A DNA stretch of 53,847 bases from Terrimicrobiaceae bacterium (lineage in GTDB: Bacteria > Verrucomicrobiota > Verrucomicrobiia > Chthoniobacterales > Terrimicrobiaceae), in contig JALQZP010000001.1 of NCBI GenBank assembly GCA_023258235.1, forward strand, positions 1-53,847, in the 5' to 3' direction. Of this stretch, positions 17,612 to 26,152 are shown one piece after another. How positions within the stretch are numbered: the stretch's first letter is position 1; the number at the start of each line of letters is the position of its first letter. The notes beneath the pieces are model-generated. The model searched no databases, was not told the origin of the DNA, and saw only the letters and a list, made by a program, of their open reading frames with translations. A program made the translations under genes and the position numbers.

Positions 17612-19147
17612 ATGCATCGTTCCACACCTTTGGATTCCACGGATGAACAGGGATTTTTCTTTCCCGAGCTTGCGCCCGGCGGCGGAGCTCCTTCTCCGGG
17701 TTTGGCAAAAAACTTTGTTCTCGATACCAACGTGCTTGTTCACGACCCCCATTGCCTCAATCGTTTTCAGAACAACCATGTTTTCATTCCCGTCGAGGTT
17801 CTCACCGAGTTGGACAACTTTAAAAACGAACAAAACGAACGTGGCGCAAGCGCCCGGCGCGTGCATCGTTTTTTGAGCCAAATATTCAGTCACAACCTGT
17901 CGAATGTGACCGACGGAGTTCCCACTTCGGGAGGTGGATCCATTCGTATTTTGGTCAACGAATCGGCGCGCGGAGCCAAGCCCACCGCGGCGATGAAGCG
18001 CTTTCTGAAGATTTTTCCCGACCAGGATCGCATGGATCATCGCATTATGGCGGCTGCACTTGCCCTTCAGGAAAGGGAGGCGGCCCCCACGATCCTGGTT
18101 ACAAAAGATCTCAACATGCAATTGAGGGCGATGGCGATCGGGCTTCAGTGCGAGGACTATCTCAGCGACAAAGTCGCGGAACAGGATGTGGACGGCAACG
18201 ATATCCGAAGCATTCCCCTCGAAGCCCACGAACTCCAACGCTTCGGAAGCTCGGGTGAGATAACCCTTCCAGTCGAGCGAACCGGAGCGATGGAAATCAA
18301 TGAATACGTCCAAATGCAAGTGTCCGGAGGCAAGTTGCTGCCGGCGCGTCATACGGCTGATGGCGTCTTTATCCGCCTGAATATCCCCTCGCATTTGCAG
18401 ATCCCTCGAGGCATTGACTTAAGGCCTGCCAACACTGGCCAGCAGTGTTTTCTTGATGCGTTGCTCGACCCTGGCATTTCGCTCATCACGTGCTATGGAA
18501 AGGCGGGTACCGGAAAAACCCTGCTTGCCGTTGCGGCCGGTTTGTTCATGACGGGGCGGCACGAATTCAATGGGATGACAGTGAGCCGTCCTGTTGTTGC
18601 AATGGGGGATACCCTTGGGTTCCTGCCCGGCACGCTGAATGAAAAAATGCATCCCTGGCTGCAGTCGATTTATGACGCCTGCGAGCTTCTAATGCCGCTG
18701 AATCCCACCAAGGCCGACGGAGGAAAGCAACGCCCTTTCAGTGATCGCAAAAAGGAGGCGGCGGCTTCAGCCAATGCCGCATCACACAGTGGTCACCAAA
18801 ATCCTATTGTGAAGCCATACGAACAGCTCATTGAGCGCGGTCTTTTGGAAATTGAGGCCCTCTGCTACATCCGTGGCCGCTCGATACCGAATCGGTTTTT
18901 CGTTCTCGACGAGGCGCAGCAACTTACCCCGCTTGAGGCTAAAACTGTTGTGACACGCATGTCGCAGGGGTCCAAGTTGGTCATGGTCGGAGATCCCGCC
19001 CAGATTGACAATCCCTACGTGGATAGTCGCTCCAACGGGCTTGTATATACCCGCAATCGACTGAGAGGTCATGCCCTCACCGCCCACATTTCCCTCACCA
19101 AGGGCGAGCGTAGTCCATTGGCCGAGATCGGAGCCAGCAGGATGTAG
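17612..19147 (+). CDS. PIN domain-PhoH-like ATPase fusion (PhoH2/YlaK type)
   Basis: Has an N-terminal PIN signature (FVLDTNVLVHD), a Walker A motif (GKAGTGKT) and a Walker B-like FFVLDEAQ. The C-terminal block VDSRSNGL is typical of PhoH. Confidence 0.85.
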   Translation: MHRSTPLDSTDEQGFFFPELAPGGGAPSPGLAKNFVLDTNVLVHDPHCLNRFQNNHVFIPVEVLTELDNFKNEQNERGASARRVHRFLSQIFSHNLSNVTDGVPTSGGGSIRILVNESARGAKPTAAMKRFLKIFPDQDRMDHRIMAAALALQEREAAPTILVTKDLNMQLRAMAIGLQCEDYLSDKVAEQDVDGNDIRSIPLEAHELQRFGSSGEITLPVERTGAMEINEYVQMQVSGGKLLPARHTADGVFIRLNIPSHLQIPRGIDLRPANTGQQCFLDALLDPGISLITCYGKAGTGKTLLAVAAGLFMTGRHEFNGMTVSRPVVAMGDTLGFLPGTLNEKMHPWLQSIYDACELLMPLNPTKADGGKQRPFSDRKKEAAASANAASHSGHQNPIVKPYEQLIERGLLEIEALCYIRGRSIPNRFFVLDEAQQLTPLEAKTVVTRMSQGSKLVMVGDPAQIDNPYVDSRSNGLVYTRNRLRGHALTAHISLTKGERSPLAEIGASRM

Positions 19148-19201
19148 GCCCGGACTCTTTTTCCAAAAAATCTCTTTGCCGGTTAGCGATGCCAGGTCTA
19201 G

Positions 19202-19531
19202 ATGTTTCTTATGTTCACGTTCCTTATTGCTGGCGGATCCTTGATCACCACGCTCGTTGAGCCACCGCTCCCCGAATTTCAAAACCACCTTCTTAATGGA
19301 ACTCCCGTCGCTGCCAAACAAGTGGTATGCCGCAACCGCTGGGGCACGCCAATGATGCCTGATGGAAAAGGGAGCTATAGTATCATTGCGCCTCCCAATC
19401 AGGCCTTCATTGAAAAGAGTCTCATCCAACCGCCCCTTACATCCGCCCCTGTTTATCGTCCGGGGAGCGGTGCTCCAAGCGCATTGAGCTTGGTTGCTCC
19501 CGCAGTTGACTCCCCTGAAGGCACAAAATAG
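19202..19531 (+). CDS. Possible small hypothetical protein with a hydrophobic N-terminus
   Basis: This 109-aa ORF is the only non-antisense ORF in the 430-nt gap between PhoH2 and the MFS gene. It is Pro-rich and carries no recognisable motif. Coding status is uncertain. Confidence 0.25.
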   Translation: MFLMFTFLIAGGSLITTLVEPPLPEFQNHLLNGTPVAAKQVVCRNRWGTPMMPDGKGSYSIIAPPNQAFIEKSLIQPPLTSAPVYRPGSGAPSALSLVAPAVDSPEGTK

Positions 19532-19577
19532 GAACCATTGATTCCTCAAACGCCGCCACATTCAGGATAGGGGATTC

Positions 19578-20879
19578 GTGAACAACGACTGTCCAAAAGG
19601 ATCCTTCAACGCCCACTGGTTCGCTTTTTTCAATGCGCTCACATTCCAGATTATTATTGGAACGCCACTTATTCTTTATGCGAAGAGCATAGGGGCGAGT
19701 TCGACGGTTTTAGGCCTGCTGGCAGCAGCCACTCCGCTCATGACTATGTTGCAGTTGCCGGCTGCAAAATACCTGCCGGTTTTCGGTTACCGACGCTTTG
19801 TCATGATGGGATGGGGGGCGCGGACGGTTTTTATCTTTTTTATAGCACTCATTCCTGTGCTGGGTTTTTTGGATAAAACGACAAAGCTGACTTTGTTGGT
19901 TTTTTGCATTTTGATTTTTAACATCCTGCGCGGAGCAGCTTCGGCGGCATGGATGCCATGGATAGCTCTCTTGATTCCGGAGGAGGCGCGGGCGCGGTTT
20001 TTATCAAGGGACCAGCTTTTTATGTTCTCCGGCTCCCTGTTGGCATTGCTGGTTTCCGCGTTTTTAATCGGAGGCGAGGTTGCCGCTTATGAATTTTCGC
20101 TGGTTTTCTTGTTGAGCGGCATGGCGGGTGGCGTTGCTTTGTATTTCATCAAAAAAATTCCTGATGTTCATGCGCCCGACGCAGTGAAGGAGTCGTCCCA
20201 TCCCGTCTCTTGGAGGAGTATTTTCGTCTATTCCCCATTCCTTGCGCTTCTCTTTTTCAATATACTTTTTGTTTTCGAGGTCGGAAGCTTGGGGGTTTTT
20301 TCTGTCCAGTATTTAAGGGATCTTCCGGGTTTCAATGACTCCGTCGTGTTGTATTTCTCGTGCCTTTCCTTCATCGGTTCGCTCTTCGTGTTGCCATTCA
20401 TCGGCAGGTGGCTGGATCGGTTTGGAAACAAAGCGTTGCTTTTCGTTTCCTTGCTTCTTTTTGGTATCGTGATTTTTGGCTGGTTTTGCCTCGCGGCAGG
20501 TCTTGTGAGTTCGAAAAGCGAGGTTGTTTTCACGATCAACTTTCTCTCCGGGGTGGCCGGGGCCGGGTTCAATGTTGCCAATTCGCGGATGGCGTTTGCC
20601 ATTATGCCTCAGACCGGACGGGATCATTTTTTCGCGCTTTTCAGCGTGATTACCAGTCTTGGATTGGGGGCATCCCCGGTGTTATGGGGGATCTCTCTGG
20701 ATTATATCGGGACGTTTGAAGTTGTGACGGGGGCGTTCCATTGGCATCGCCATAGCATTTATTTCGGGGTTCTTTTCGGCCTCAATATCCTCACTCTTCT
20801 GCAGGTTCGTAACCTGCACGAAAGGGTCTCGGAAAATGGCGGCGATGTGCCCGCCGATCCATTCAAAGAAGCTGTTTAA
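19578..20879 (+). CDS. MFS transporter
   Basis: 433-aa ORF with ~12 hydrophobic segments and a central loop. It has an MFS-like G.R..DRFG.K motif (IGRWLDRFGNKA). The start is a GTG. Confidence 0.75.
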   Translation: MNNDCPKGSFNAHWFAFFNALTFQIIIGTPLILYAKSIGASSTVLGLLAAATPLMTMLQLPAAKYLPVFGYRRFVMMGWGARTVFIFFIALIPVLGFLDKTTKLTLLVFCILIFNILRGAASAAWMPWIALLIPEEARARFLSRDQLFMFSGSLLALLVSAFLIGGEVAAYEFSLVFLLSGMAGGVALYFIKKIPDVHAPDAVKESSHPVSWRSIFVYSPFLALLFFNILFVFEVGSLGVFSVQYLRDLPGFNDSVVLYFSCLSFIGSLFVLPFIGRWLDRFGNKALLFVSLLLFGIVIFGWFCLAAGLVSSKSEVVFTINFLSGVAGAGFNVANSRMAFAIMPQTGRDHFFALFSVITSLGLGASPVLWGISLDYIGTFEVVTGAFHWHRHSIYFGVLFGLNILTLLQVRNLHERVSENGGDVPADPFKEAV

Positions 20880-21711
20880 CAAAGGCCTCGCGGTCGAATG
20901 GAGCGAAATCGGTTTCCTTTTCTCCAGTGCCAATGAAGCGGGTTGGGATGCCAAGTTCCTGTTGAATGGCCACGGCCATGCCGCCCTTCCCGCTCCCGTC
21001 GAGTTTGGTGAGTATGGCTCCGGTAAGACCGATGGCTTTGTGGAATTCCGTCGCCTGCACGAGGGCGTTCGATCCCGTGGTGGCATCAAGAACGATCCAC
21101 TTTTCTTGGGGGGCATCGGGATCGTGCTTGCCGAGTGTGCGAGCGACCTTGGCGAGTTCCTGCATCAGATTGCTTTTCGTGTGGAGGCGACCTGCCGTAT
21201 CGCAAATCAGGAATTCGATATTCCGACGGTGGGCGCTATTCCAAGCATCGTAGCAAAGAGCCGCCGAGTCGCCCTGATATTGACTTTTCAGTACCTCGAT
21301 GCCAAGTCGATCGCCCCAGCGGCAGAGTTGCTCGATGGCTGCCGCTCGGAAGGTGTCCGCCGCGACGAGGAGGCAGGAATGGTGGTGGGATTTCAGCCAA
21401 TAGGCCAGCTTCGCTGCCGATGTCGTTTTGCCGGTTCCGTTCACTCCGACAATGAGGAAGGTATTTGGTTTGCCTGCCAATGGGGATGGAGCGGGCGGGG
21501 TTGGGGGCAGGATTTTGAGGATTTCCTCGCGAGTCACCTCAAGCGCGGTTTCACCCGTGACATCCCACCCGCGGTCGCGGAGGGACTGCAAAATGCGACG
21601 CGTCATCGTGACACCCAGATCGGCCCGAATCAGCAGTTCCTCGAGTTCATCCCAGTCGACCGGCGCTCCGGTGAATTTGGCGAGGAAACTTTTAAAAAAT
21701 CCCGCAGCCAT
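20863..21711 (-). CDS. ftsY: Signal recognition particle receptor (short NG-only form)
   Basis: Contains GVNGTGKTTSAAKLA, DTAGRLH and TKLDGSGKGG, the SRP GTPase G1, G3 and G4-type motifs. At 282 aa it has no acidic A domain. Confidence 0.9.
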   Translation of the reverse strand: MAAGFFKSFLAKFTGAPVDWDELEELLIRADLGVTMTRRILQSLRDRGWDVTGETALEVTREEILKILPPTPPAPSPLAGKPNTFLIVGVNGTGKTTSAAKLAYWLKSHHHSCLLVAADTFRAAAIEQLCRWGDRLGIEVLKSQYQGDSAALCYDAWNSAHRRNIEFLICDTAGRLHTKSNLMQELAKVARTLGKHDPDAPQEKWIVLDATTGSNALVQATEFHKAIGLTGAILTKLDGSGKGGMAVAIQQELGIPTRFIGTGEKETDFAPFDREAFVKQLL

Positions 21712-21714
21712 ATT

Positions 21715-22140
21715 TTATTTGGAGGATTTTGAGCCCTCGCGGGATTGCTTGCGGATGTTATCCAGTACCCCGTTGACAAACTTGCCGGAATCTCCAGTGC
21801 TGAATTTTTTGGCGATTTCGATGGCTTCGTTGATGGCCACGGCTGGCGGCACATCCGGGCAGTGCAGAAGTTCGTAGGTGGCGACACGCAGGACATTGCG
21901 ATCGACGGCCGAGAGACGGTTGAATTCAAAATTCAACGCATTTTTTCGTATCGCCTCGTCGACACTCTCGCGGTGGCGCATCCATCCCTGCAGGAGGGTA
22001 TTGCAAAAGCGGCGACCGCTCGGACTCAGTCCCCTCATGTCATAAAATTCGGATAATGCCGTATCGCTTTCGTCACCCTGCATTTCACGTTGGTAGAGAT
22101 ATTGTGCCGCTGCTTCGCGGGCGTCGCGTCGAAGACCCAT
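21715..22140 (-). CDS. nusB: Transcription antitermination factor NusB
   Basis: 141 aa with ARE.A.Q.LYQ and VDRNVLRVATYELL blocks. It sits in the classical position immediately downstream of ribH. Confidence 0.85.
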   Translation of the reverse strand: MGLRRDAREAAAQYLYQREMQGDESDTALSEFYDMRGLSPSGRRFCNTLLQGWMRHRESVDEAIRKNALNFEFNRLSAVDRNVLRVATYELLHCPDVPPAVAINEAIEIAKKFSTGDSGKFVNGVLDNIRKQSREGSKSSK

Positions 22141-22141
22141 A

Positions 22142-22654
22142 TTATTTATTGAAAACTAAAAGATTGCGTGTGGCGGAAACAGCGGCTTTTGCAGCCTCCA
22201 CTCCCCGGTTATGCTCGGTTCCCTTGCAACGGATCTGCGCTTGCTCCATGTTGTTCACAAGCAAGACCTCATGGATCACAGGTAGTTCGAATTCAAGGGA
22301 AATATTTAAAAGCGACTTGGTGACCGCGTCCGCAATCAGGGAGGCATGCGATGTTTCCCCTTGCAGGATCAAGCCCAGGGCAAGTATGGCATCGTAGCGC
22401 CGGGATTTTGCTGCGGCTTGCACAAATAAAGGGATCTCAAATGAACCGGGTACCCAAAAGACATCCACGACGGCATTGGGCTCCAAGGAAATAAGCTCTG
22501 CGACGGCGTGATCCGACAACGATTGAACAAGTTCCCGATTAAACTCGCTTGCCACAATAGCATAGGCTCTCGATGAACTCGAGTCTACGATTGGCCGTGT
22601 CGGGAATTGTTTATCCATGCCACGTGATTTTCGCGATTTTTCGGTATCCTGCAA
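22142..22654 (-). CDS. ribH: 6,7-dimethyl-8-ribityllumazine synthase
   Basis: Contains IVASEFN, WVPGSFEIPL and YDAILALG.ILQGETSHA blocks. An alternative start at Met 22618 is possible. Confidence 0.85.
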   Translation of the reverse strand: MQDTEKSRKSRGMDKQFPTRPIVDSSSSRAYAIVASEFNRELVQSLSDHAVAELISLEPNAVVDVFWVPGSFEIPLFVQAAAKSRRYDAILALGLILQGETSHASLIADAVTKSLLNISLEFELPVIHEVLLVNNMEQAQIRCKGTEHNRGVEAAKAAVSATRNLLVFNK

Positions 22655-22737
22655 TCAAACAATCGAATTGATGCTAAAAACACTTGCCAATTTGATTTAA
22701 GGTGGTTCAAGTAATTATTGCACACCCCCTATTTTCT

Positions 22738-24819
22738 ATGAGGAACCAAAAGAAATTTCAAAAATTCGCAATCGCGTTCGTTTTTCTGTTTTCCGTTATA
22801 TCGACGGTGCTCATGGCGCAGGCGCCCAAGCCGCCTGCCTCTCAAGATGCAGCAATGACTCCCGGCCTCATTGTTCTGACTGGATTTGAGGGTGACGTGA
22901 AGATTGCGACAGCCCAGAACCCCGAAGGGCAGCGACCCTCATCTGGCGCGAAACTACAAAAGGGAGACATTATTCTCACCGGACCGAATAGCACGGCCAG
23001 TCTTGCCTTTTCAAATGGATCCGTGCTTCAGGTGCAGAGTGATTCGAAATTTTCCATCGAAGAATACCTCCAAAAACCATGGGATTTCGATGAGGCGGCA
23101 TTTAAAAAACTCGAAAAAGAACCCACTTCTTCGCAGACAAAACTCAAGCTGGATTATGGTGATGTGATTTGTAATGTGAAAAAACTCAGCTCCGCATCCG
23201 AGATGACGGTTTCGACTCCTCTCGGCGTCGCCGGAATTCGAGGCACTACATTCAAGCTCTCCGTTCGTTTAGACAGCAAAGGCAAGCCGCAGAACTCTAA
23301 GCTGAGTGTTGTTGAAGGCGCGGTTGCATTCTCCAAACCAGGTGAAAGCAAGCCGCCCATTGTCACTGGTGGATCGGTGTCCACTATGACCCTAACCCCC
23401 TCGGCAGATCGTTCCGGAGGCCAAGAGGTCACGGTTGTGTTCAATTCCCAACTTTCACCTAAAGACAGTATGGAAATCATGAGGGTTGTGACTCAAATTG
23501 TCCAGCAAGTGGGCGAGTTTGTGATGTCCGCAATTACCGCTCAAGAGGAACTCAAAAAGAAAGAGGAGGAGAAAAAATCCGAAAAAGGCGAGAGAAAAGC
23601 TGGAGATGGTGAAAAAAAAGAGGGTGATCAGGAAAAATCTCAAATTGATTTGAGTAAACTCTCCCCTCCACAAACTGGCGGAGAAAAAGCCGCAGAGAAA
23701 GCTGCTGTCAACGCCGCTGCTGCCAAGGCTCAAGCCGAAGCCGAAGCGAAAGCAACGCCAACGCCAAAAACAACGCCAACGCTGACAGGGTTTTCGCTGA
23801 GTGCTACAAGCGCTACATATGGTGACGCGACCCTGTCGATCATCCCGCCGACATCAGCAAGTTCGGGAGTGATCAGTTATACTAGCAGCGACAAGAGCGT
23901 GGCAACAGTGAGTGGAACGAGGATTACAATTGTGGGGGTAGGGACAACGACAATCACAGCCTCGCAGGTAGCCGATGGAAATTACAATGCGGCCACACCG
24001 GTGTCCCTAAGTTTGACCGTATCCAAGAAAGCACTGACGATATCAGGAGTCAGCGCGACGAACCGAGTATATGACGGAACAACAGCAGTGGCACTTACAG
24101 GTGGCGCGCTTGTTGGAGTGGAAAACGGAGACGCGGTGAGTCTCGGAGGCACGCCCGCCGGCACAGTGGCATCCGCAGGAGTGGGGACAGGCAAGGCGGT
24201 CACGGTGGCAGGCTATGCACTGAGCGGTGGGGACGCCGCGAACTACAGTCTCACGCAGCCATCGGGAGTGACAGTGGATATATCACCTGCTTTAGTGACA
24301 GTGACGGCTGCCTCCGCAAACAAGACTTATGGGGAGAGTGACCCTGCGTTCAGCTACACATCCAATCCGACAGCGTTGATTGCCGGAAATAGCTTTACTG
24401 GTTCTCTAAGCCGCGTAACAGGAGAGGATCCTGGAACCTATGCCATTAATCAGGGAACATTAAGTGCTGGCGATAATTACACTATCACATTTCAAGGTGC
24501 CAATTTCACTATTAATACAGCAGGAGGACAGAGTCCAAATTTAACGGGATTTGGCCTGCATGAGCAAAAAGTGGCTTCCAATGGTGTGCGCACGGTTAAA
24601 ATTATTGCTCCTCAGTCCAATAGTCCCGCGCAAATCACTTACAGATGCGATCCTCAAGATAACGCTTCGATTAGTGGATCCATTATCACGTTGATTGATT
24701 CTCCTGTCAGAATTTATGCTGAGCAGGCTGCTTCCGGTGGTTATACAAGTGCGAGTGTAAGTATTAATTTGACTTGGGTTTCGACAACTCGGCCTGAAGA
24801 TAAAATTTCAAATCCATAG
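22738..24819 (+). CDS. Secreted multidomain protein: FecR-like domain, K/E- and A-rich linkers, Ig-like domain, YDG and MBG repeats
   Basis: The signal peptide is FAIAFVFLFSVISTVLMAQA. The N-terminal beta-rich region contains GDV..A.....L..GD.I.TG..S.A.L.F.NGS, which is FecR-like. It has a Big_2-like VISYTSSDKSVATVSG..ITIVGVGTTTITASQ. NRVYDGTTA and ANKTYGESDP blocks with ANYSL are typical of YDG/MBG adhesin repeats. Confidence 0.7.
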   Translation: MRNQKKFQKFAIAFVFLFSVISTVLMAQAPKPPASQDAAMTPGLIVLTGFEGDVKIATAQNPEGQRPSSGAKLQKGDIILTGPNSTASLAFSNGSVLQVQSDSKFSIEEYLQKPWDFDEAAFKKLEKEPTSSQTKLKLDYGDVICNVKKLSSASEMTVSTPLGVAGIRGTTFKLSVRLDSKGKPQNSKLSVVEGAVAFSKPGESKPPIVTGGSVSTMTLTPSADRSGGQEVTVVFNSQLSPKDSMEIMRVVTQIVQQVGEFVMSAITAQEELKKKEEEKKSEKGERKAGDGEKKEGDQEKSQIDLSKLSPPQTGGEKAAEKAAVNAAAAKAQAEAEAKATPTPKTTPTLTGFSLSATSATYGDATLSIIPPTSASSGVISYTSSDKSVATVSGTRITIVGVGTTTITASQVADGNYNAATPVSLSLTVSKKALTISGVSATNRVYDGTTAVALTGGALVGVENGDAVSLGGTPAGTVASAGVGTGKAVTVAGYALSGGDAANYSLTQPSGVTVDISPALVTVTAASANKTYGESDPAFSYTSNPTALIAGNSFTGSLSRVTGEDPGTYAINQGTLSAGDNYTITFQGANFTINTAGGQSPNLTGFGLHEQKVASNGVRTVKIIAPQSNSPAQITYRCDPQDNASISGSIITLIDSPVRIYAEQAASGGYTSASVSINLTWVSTTRPEDKISNP

Positions 24820-25340
24820 TGAAATCGTTGCTCTTTTTATCGGTTTTTTTCGTTTCGACGGTGCTCTTTGCGGTGGATCCAGTTGAGTTTCAAGTTGGAG
24901 GATTTTCATTTGTCCGTCCGTCAGGTTGGGGTTGGGTTGTTCCAACAAGCTCGATGCGCAAAGCACAGTTGGAGGTTTCAGGGGCGAACCAATCTAAAGC
25001 GGATGTCACTTTTTTTCATTTCGGACCTGGTCAGGGTGGTGGAGTGAAGGCCAATGTGGACCGCTGGTTCGGGCAATTTCAAAATGCCAAAACCGCGCAA
25101 AATGAGGTGACTCTCGGGCGGGTGCGAGTTGTTTTTGTTCAAGCATCGGGGACTTTCTCCAGTGGTATGCCTGGGGGACCTACAACGCCCATGGAAAACT
25201 ATGCTTTGCGTGGCGCCATTCTCCAAGACGAGGAAAAGGGTGATGTTTTTGTGAAAATGACCGGTCCGGCAGCTTTGGTGGAATCCGCTTGGTTGGATTT
25301 TGAAGCGATGGTGAAGGCTGCAGCGGGAACGAAACAATAG
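24819..25340 (+). CDS. Hypothetical secreted protein
   Basis: 173-aa ORF whose GTG start shares one base with the preceding TAG (TAGTG). The signal-like N-terminus is LLFLSVFFVSTVLFA. No motif recognised. Confidence 0.5.
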   Translation: MKSLLFLSVFFVSTVLFAVDPVEFQVGGFSFVRPSGWGWVVPTSSMRKAQLEVSGANQSKADVTFFHFGPGQGGGVKANVDRWFGQFQNAKTAQNEVTLGRVRVVFVQASGTFSSGMPGGPTTPMENYALRGAILQDEEKGDVFVKMTGPAALVESAWLDFEAMVKAAAGTKQ

Positions 25341-25384
25341 CCCGCAATCGGCTTGTTCACTGGTTGCCTTTATTCGATCCGGGA

Positions 25385-26122
25385 ATGGCATCGTTAAAAA
25401 AACGAATCGACGCTGCTCTTGTGGATGGTGGGCTCTACGAATCGTTGGATCAAGCTCGTCGTGCGCTTATGGCGGGTTTGGTATCGGTGGATGGTCATGC
25501 TGTCACTAAACCGGGTACGCGAGTTTCAGTTGATGCCGCTCTCACTTTAGCGCACAAGGAAAAATACGTCGGTCGGGGGGGATACAAGTTGGAGGGGGCT
25601 CTTGCTCATTTCGGAGTGAATCCTTCCGGGTTGGTCTGCCTTGATATCGGCGCGTCCACCGGAGGCTTTACCGATTGCCTTCTCCAAAACGGGGCTGCTT
25701 TTGTTTATGCAATCGATGTGGGGCGCTCGCAATTCTCTTGGAGGCTCCAACAGGATCCAAGGGTGCAGAGTCGTGAGGGAGTGAATGCTCGCTACTTAAA
25801 GCAGACGGACTTTGATCCGCGCCCGGTGTTTGCGGTCGGGGATGTGAGTTTCATCTCGCTCACACAAATCCTGCCAGCGGTTTTCGATGTTCTCCCCGCG
25901 GGTTCGGAGGGCATTTTTCTTATCAAGCCTCAATTCGAAGCCGAACGCGAAGAAGTCGAGGAGGGAGGATTGATACGCGATGCCAATGTGAGGTTGCGCT
26001 GCGTGGAAAAAATCCGAATGTTCGTAGTGGCCGCAGGACACGAATGGATGGGGGCAATCGAGTCACCGATTACCGGTCGGGAAGGCAATATCGAATACTT
26101 GGCGCATTTCCGTTGCACCTGA
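25385..26122 (+). CDS. tlyA: TlyA family rRNA (cytidine-2'-O)-methyltransferase
   Basis: Has an N-terminal S4-like segment (RIDAALV..G...S...AR.L...G.V.V.G) and an FtsJ-type SAM motif (LDIGASTGGFTDCLLQNGA). The C-terminal GNIEYL block is typical of TlyA. Confidence 0.85.
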   Translation: MASLKKRIDAALVDGGLYESLDQARRALMAGLVSVDGHAVTKPGTRVSVDAALTLAHKEKYVGRGGYKLEGALAHFGVNPSGLVCLDIGASTGGFTDCLLQNGAAFVYAIDVGRSQFSWRLQQDPRVQSREGVNARYLKQTDFDPRPVFAVGDVSFISLTQILPAVFDVLPAGSEGIFLIKPQFEAEREEVEEGGLIRDANVRLRCVEKIRMFVVAAGHEWMGAIESPITGREGNIEYLAHFRCT

Positions 26123-26152
26123 TATTCGCCGCTATTTTGAATGTTGGTTGGT

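Noticed and set aside
18782-19561. A 259-aa minus-strand ORF spanning the PhoH2 3' end and the following gap.
   Set aside because: About half of it is antisense to the well-supported PhoH2 gene. The translation has no motifs and an implausible Cys/Trp/Arg-rich composition.
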